Shown one piece after another: positions 61,660 to 64,000 of a stretch of 64,000 nt of DNA. The notes under the pieces are model-generated. The model was given only the letters and a program-made list of their open reading frames with translations, was not told where the DNA came from and made no database searches. Every line of letters begins with the position of its first letter. The first letter of the stretch is position 1. The translations under genes and the position numbers were made by a program. The DNA is from Octopus bimaculoides (lineage: Eukaryota). The stretch spans positions 11,720,221 through 11,784,220 of the forward strand of contig NC_069008.1 of NCBI RefSeq assembly GCF_001194135.2. Direction: 5' to 3'.

Positions 61660-62050
61660 TAATAAAATGTAAAAATTTCAACTGTTGTATCTTTACATTG
61701 TAAATATCCTCCACATCTTACAATTCATGTTTCTCCCTTATTTTCAGAATATCAGAAACAGCAGAGAGTTGTTTACATCATATTCATCAACAATATTTAT
61801 TATATTTGCAAGACTAAAGTATAATGCTACACAGAATCAATACAATCCTGTTTAAATAAATCTATGGTAGAATACCATTGATAACTATTTAATAAATACC
61901 ATAGATAAATATTTTTTTAGAACTAAGATAAATATTGTTTGTCTTCTTCACTACTTGAAATGTTTACACATTGATCTTGCTTACTAATTTCTAATTTGAA
62001 TTTTGCATTGTATAAGACGATTTCACATATGTTTGAAAGCTTGTAGTATC
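61660..62050 (+). pseudogene. Orphan copy of the ZNF1/2/5 intron end and leader exon, with no finger array visible
   Basis: Acceptor GTTTCTCCCTTATTTTCAG (61747) followed by AATATCAGAAACAGCAGAGAG. Colinear with 62986-63250, and with the ZNF1 and ZNF2 leaders. Confidence 0.7.
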
Positions 62051-62084
62051 TTCAGATTGTAGTATCATCAATATTTATCTTCTT

Positions 62085-62460
62085 TCTAAGGTTAAATGGA
62101 CTGCTCTAAAGCAGGACTTCACTGAAGAAGGTTATGCTTTCAAGTTGGTGGGATGTGAATGGTGTTGTTTTTAACAAATTTTTCCCCATTGGCAGTACCA
62201 TCAGTTTGGATGTGTACTGTGATTAGCCTGACAAATTAAACACAGCAGTTCACCAGAATCATCCAGCACTTGCTAACCGTTTGGTATTGTCTTTCATCAT
62301 GACAATACTAGACTACACATTTCTTTGCAGAAGTTACTGGGGTTTGGCTGGGACATTTTGCTGCAACCCCCCACCACCACCACCACCACCACATTCGCCC
62401 AACCTTGCACCTTCAGATTTCCACCTGTTTCAGTCTCTTCAAACATCATTGAAATTATTG
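62085..62460 (+). mobile_element. Mariner transposase relic (DDE region)
   Basis: STISLDVYCD*PDKLNTAVHQNHPALANR..QKLLGFGWDILLQP..HSPNLAPSDFHLFQSLQTSL. Confidence 0.8.
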
Positions 62461-63355
62461 GTCCATCATTACAGTATTTACTTTGTGATGCTATACACAC
62501 ACCTTTTCAAAATAGAAAAAAGAAATACTTTGGTTAAGTTTAATTATTGTACTAAAGTGTTTACATCTAAAATTTTAATAAAAAATGTAAGATTTTGACT
62601 GGTGTATCTCNNNNNNNNNNNNNNNNNNNNNNNNNNNNNNNNNNNNNNNNNNNNNNNNNNNNNNNNNNNNNNNNNNNNNNNNNNNNNNNNNNNNNNNNNN
62701 NNNNNNNNNNNNNNNNNNNNNNNNNNNNNNNNNNNNNNNNNNNNNNNNNNNNNNNNNNNNNNNNNNNNNNNNNNNNNNNNNNNNNNNNNNNNNNNNNNNN
62801 NNNNNNNNNNNNNNNNNNNNNNNNNNNNNNNNNNNNNNNNNNNNNNNNNNNNNNNNNNNNNNNNNNNNNNNNNNNNNNNNNNNNNNNNNNNNNNNNNNNN
62901 NNNNNNNNNNNNNNNNNNNNNNNNNNNNNNNNNNNNNNNNNNNNNNNNNNNNNNNNNNNNNNNNNNNNNNNNNNNNNNNNNNNAGAATATCAGAAACAAC
63001 AAAGAATTATTTATATCAATATACATCATCAATAGATGTCTTCTTTTCAAGTCTAAATGGAAATTTTACACAGAACAGATACAATACTGTTTATATAAAG
63101 CTAAGATGGACTACAGATAAATATTTCTCTGGAACTGTTGTCATACCAACTCTTGTTTACTTCACTGCTTTGATTGTTTGCCCACTGATCTTGCATTACA
63201 CTTTCACTTTTCCACTGTGTAAGATGATTTTACATAGTTCTTAAACTTGGAAGAATTTTCAAAGAAATTTACAGCATTCTCAGATCACACTTGATGAAAA
63301 TATAGTAGTAATATTTATTAGGAATAAAGTATATTGTGGTAAGAAAAGGAAAATT

Positions 63356-64000
63356 ATGGAAAAGGAATTAAGTGAGAACATGGCTAAATGTGAGACACAG
63401 ACCAAAAGGATTGATTTTCCTGATGGTGAAAAGAATGAGAAAGGGAAAACCTCATACAATTGTGATATCTGTGGCACATCATTCTCTCGAAATAGCAGCT
63501 TAGCCAATCATAAATGTATTCATACAGGAGAGAAACCATATCAGTGTGATATCTGTGATAAATCATTCTCTCTGAAAGGTAACCTAATAACTCATCAACG
63601 TATCCATACAGGAGAGAGGCCATATCACTGTGATGTCTGTGGCAAATCATTCTCTCAAAGTGTTCACTTAACAAAACACATACGCATTCACACAGGGGAA
63701 AAGCCGTATTTCTGTGACGTCTGTGGTAAATCATTCTCCGAGAATGGTACCTTAACTAGACATAAACGTATTCATACAGTAAAGAAACCATATCAATGTG
63801 ATATCTGCAAGAAATCATTCTCTGATGGAATCCGTTTCACTAAACACAAGCGCATTCATACAGGAGAGAAACAATATCACTGTGATATCTGTGGTAAATC
63901 ATTCTCTCGTAGATATACTCTAATGAGCCATAATCATATTCATACAGGAGAGAAACCATATCACTGTGACATCTGTGGTAAATCTTTTTCCCTTGGACGT
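63356..64000 (+). CDS. C2H2 zinc-finger protein ZNF5, open at the window end (215 codons visible, 6 complete fingers plus part of a 7th)
   Basis: Manual translation from ATG 63356: [67 protein letters not shown]..., with no stop up to 64000. Confidence 0.93.
   Translation, partial: MEKELSENMAKCETQTKRIDFPDGEKNEKGKTSYNCDICGTSFSRNSSLANHKCIHTGEKPYQCDICDKSFSLKGNLITHQRIHTGERPYHCDVCGKSFSQSVHLTKHIRIHTGEKPYFCDVCGKSFSENGTLTRHKRIHTVKKPYQCDICKKSFSDGIRFTKHKRIHTGEKQYHCDICGKSFSRRYTLMSHNHIHTGEKPYHCDICGKSFSLGR

Overview
This is AT-rich, repeat-dense eukaryotic DNA with five assembly gaps. The repeat repertoire and zinc-finger style point to a coleoid cephalopod, most likely Octopus (inference). The window holds part of a tandem C2H2 zinc-finger (ZNF) gene cluster. 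Four genes have a complete single coding exon: ZNF1 17377-18420 (+, 11 fingers), ZNF2 28141-29397 (-, 14), ZNF3 42775-43806 (-, 10 plus 1 degenerate) and ZNF4 50999-52573 (+, 17). A fifth, ZNF5 (63356 onward, +), runs off the window end and is missing from the ORF track. An orphan paralogous leader exon sits at about 61748. The genes form two subfamilies. ZNF1/2/5 share an N-terminal motif and a long non-coding leader, and ZNF1/2 also share an identically spaced ETS/CRE-type promoter motif. ZNF3/4 are an inverted head-to-head duplication with a two-finger repeat unit. All four complete genes stop at a finger linker and are followed by decayed fingers. The intergenic DNA contains decayed Dong/R4-, HERO- and RTE-type LINEs, two Penelope-like elements, mariner and Tc1 relics, Helitrons, several tRNA-derived SINE families and many MITEs. 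The most unusual items are: (1) a decayed Penelope-like element with a 2A-like peptide and a Ulp1/SENP-like protease domain before its RT/GIY-YIG remnants; (2) an apparently young ORF1-only L1/Tx1-like insertion that splits a SINE; (3) a tRNA-headed element with a hammerhead-like tail and an inverted copy of that tail. All family assignments come from motif recognition by eye, not database searches.
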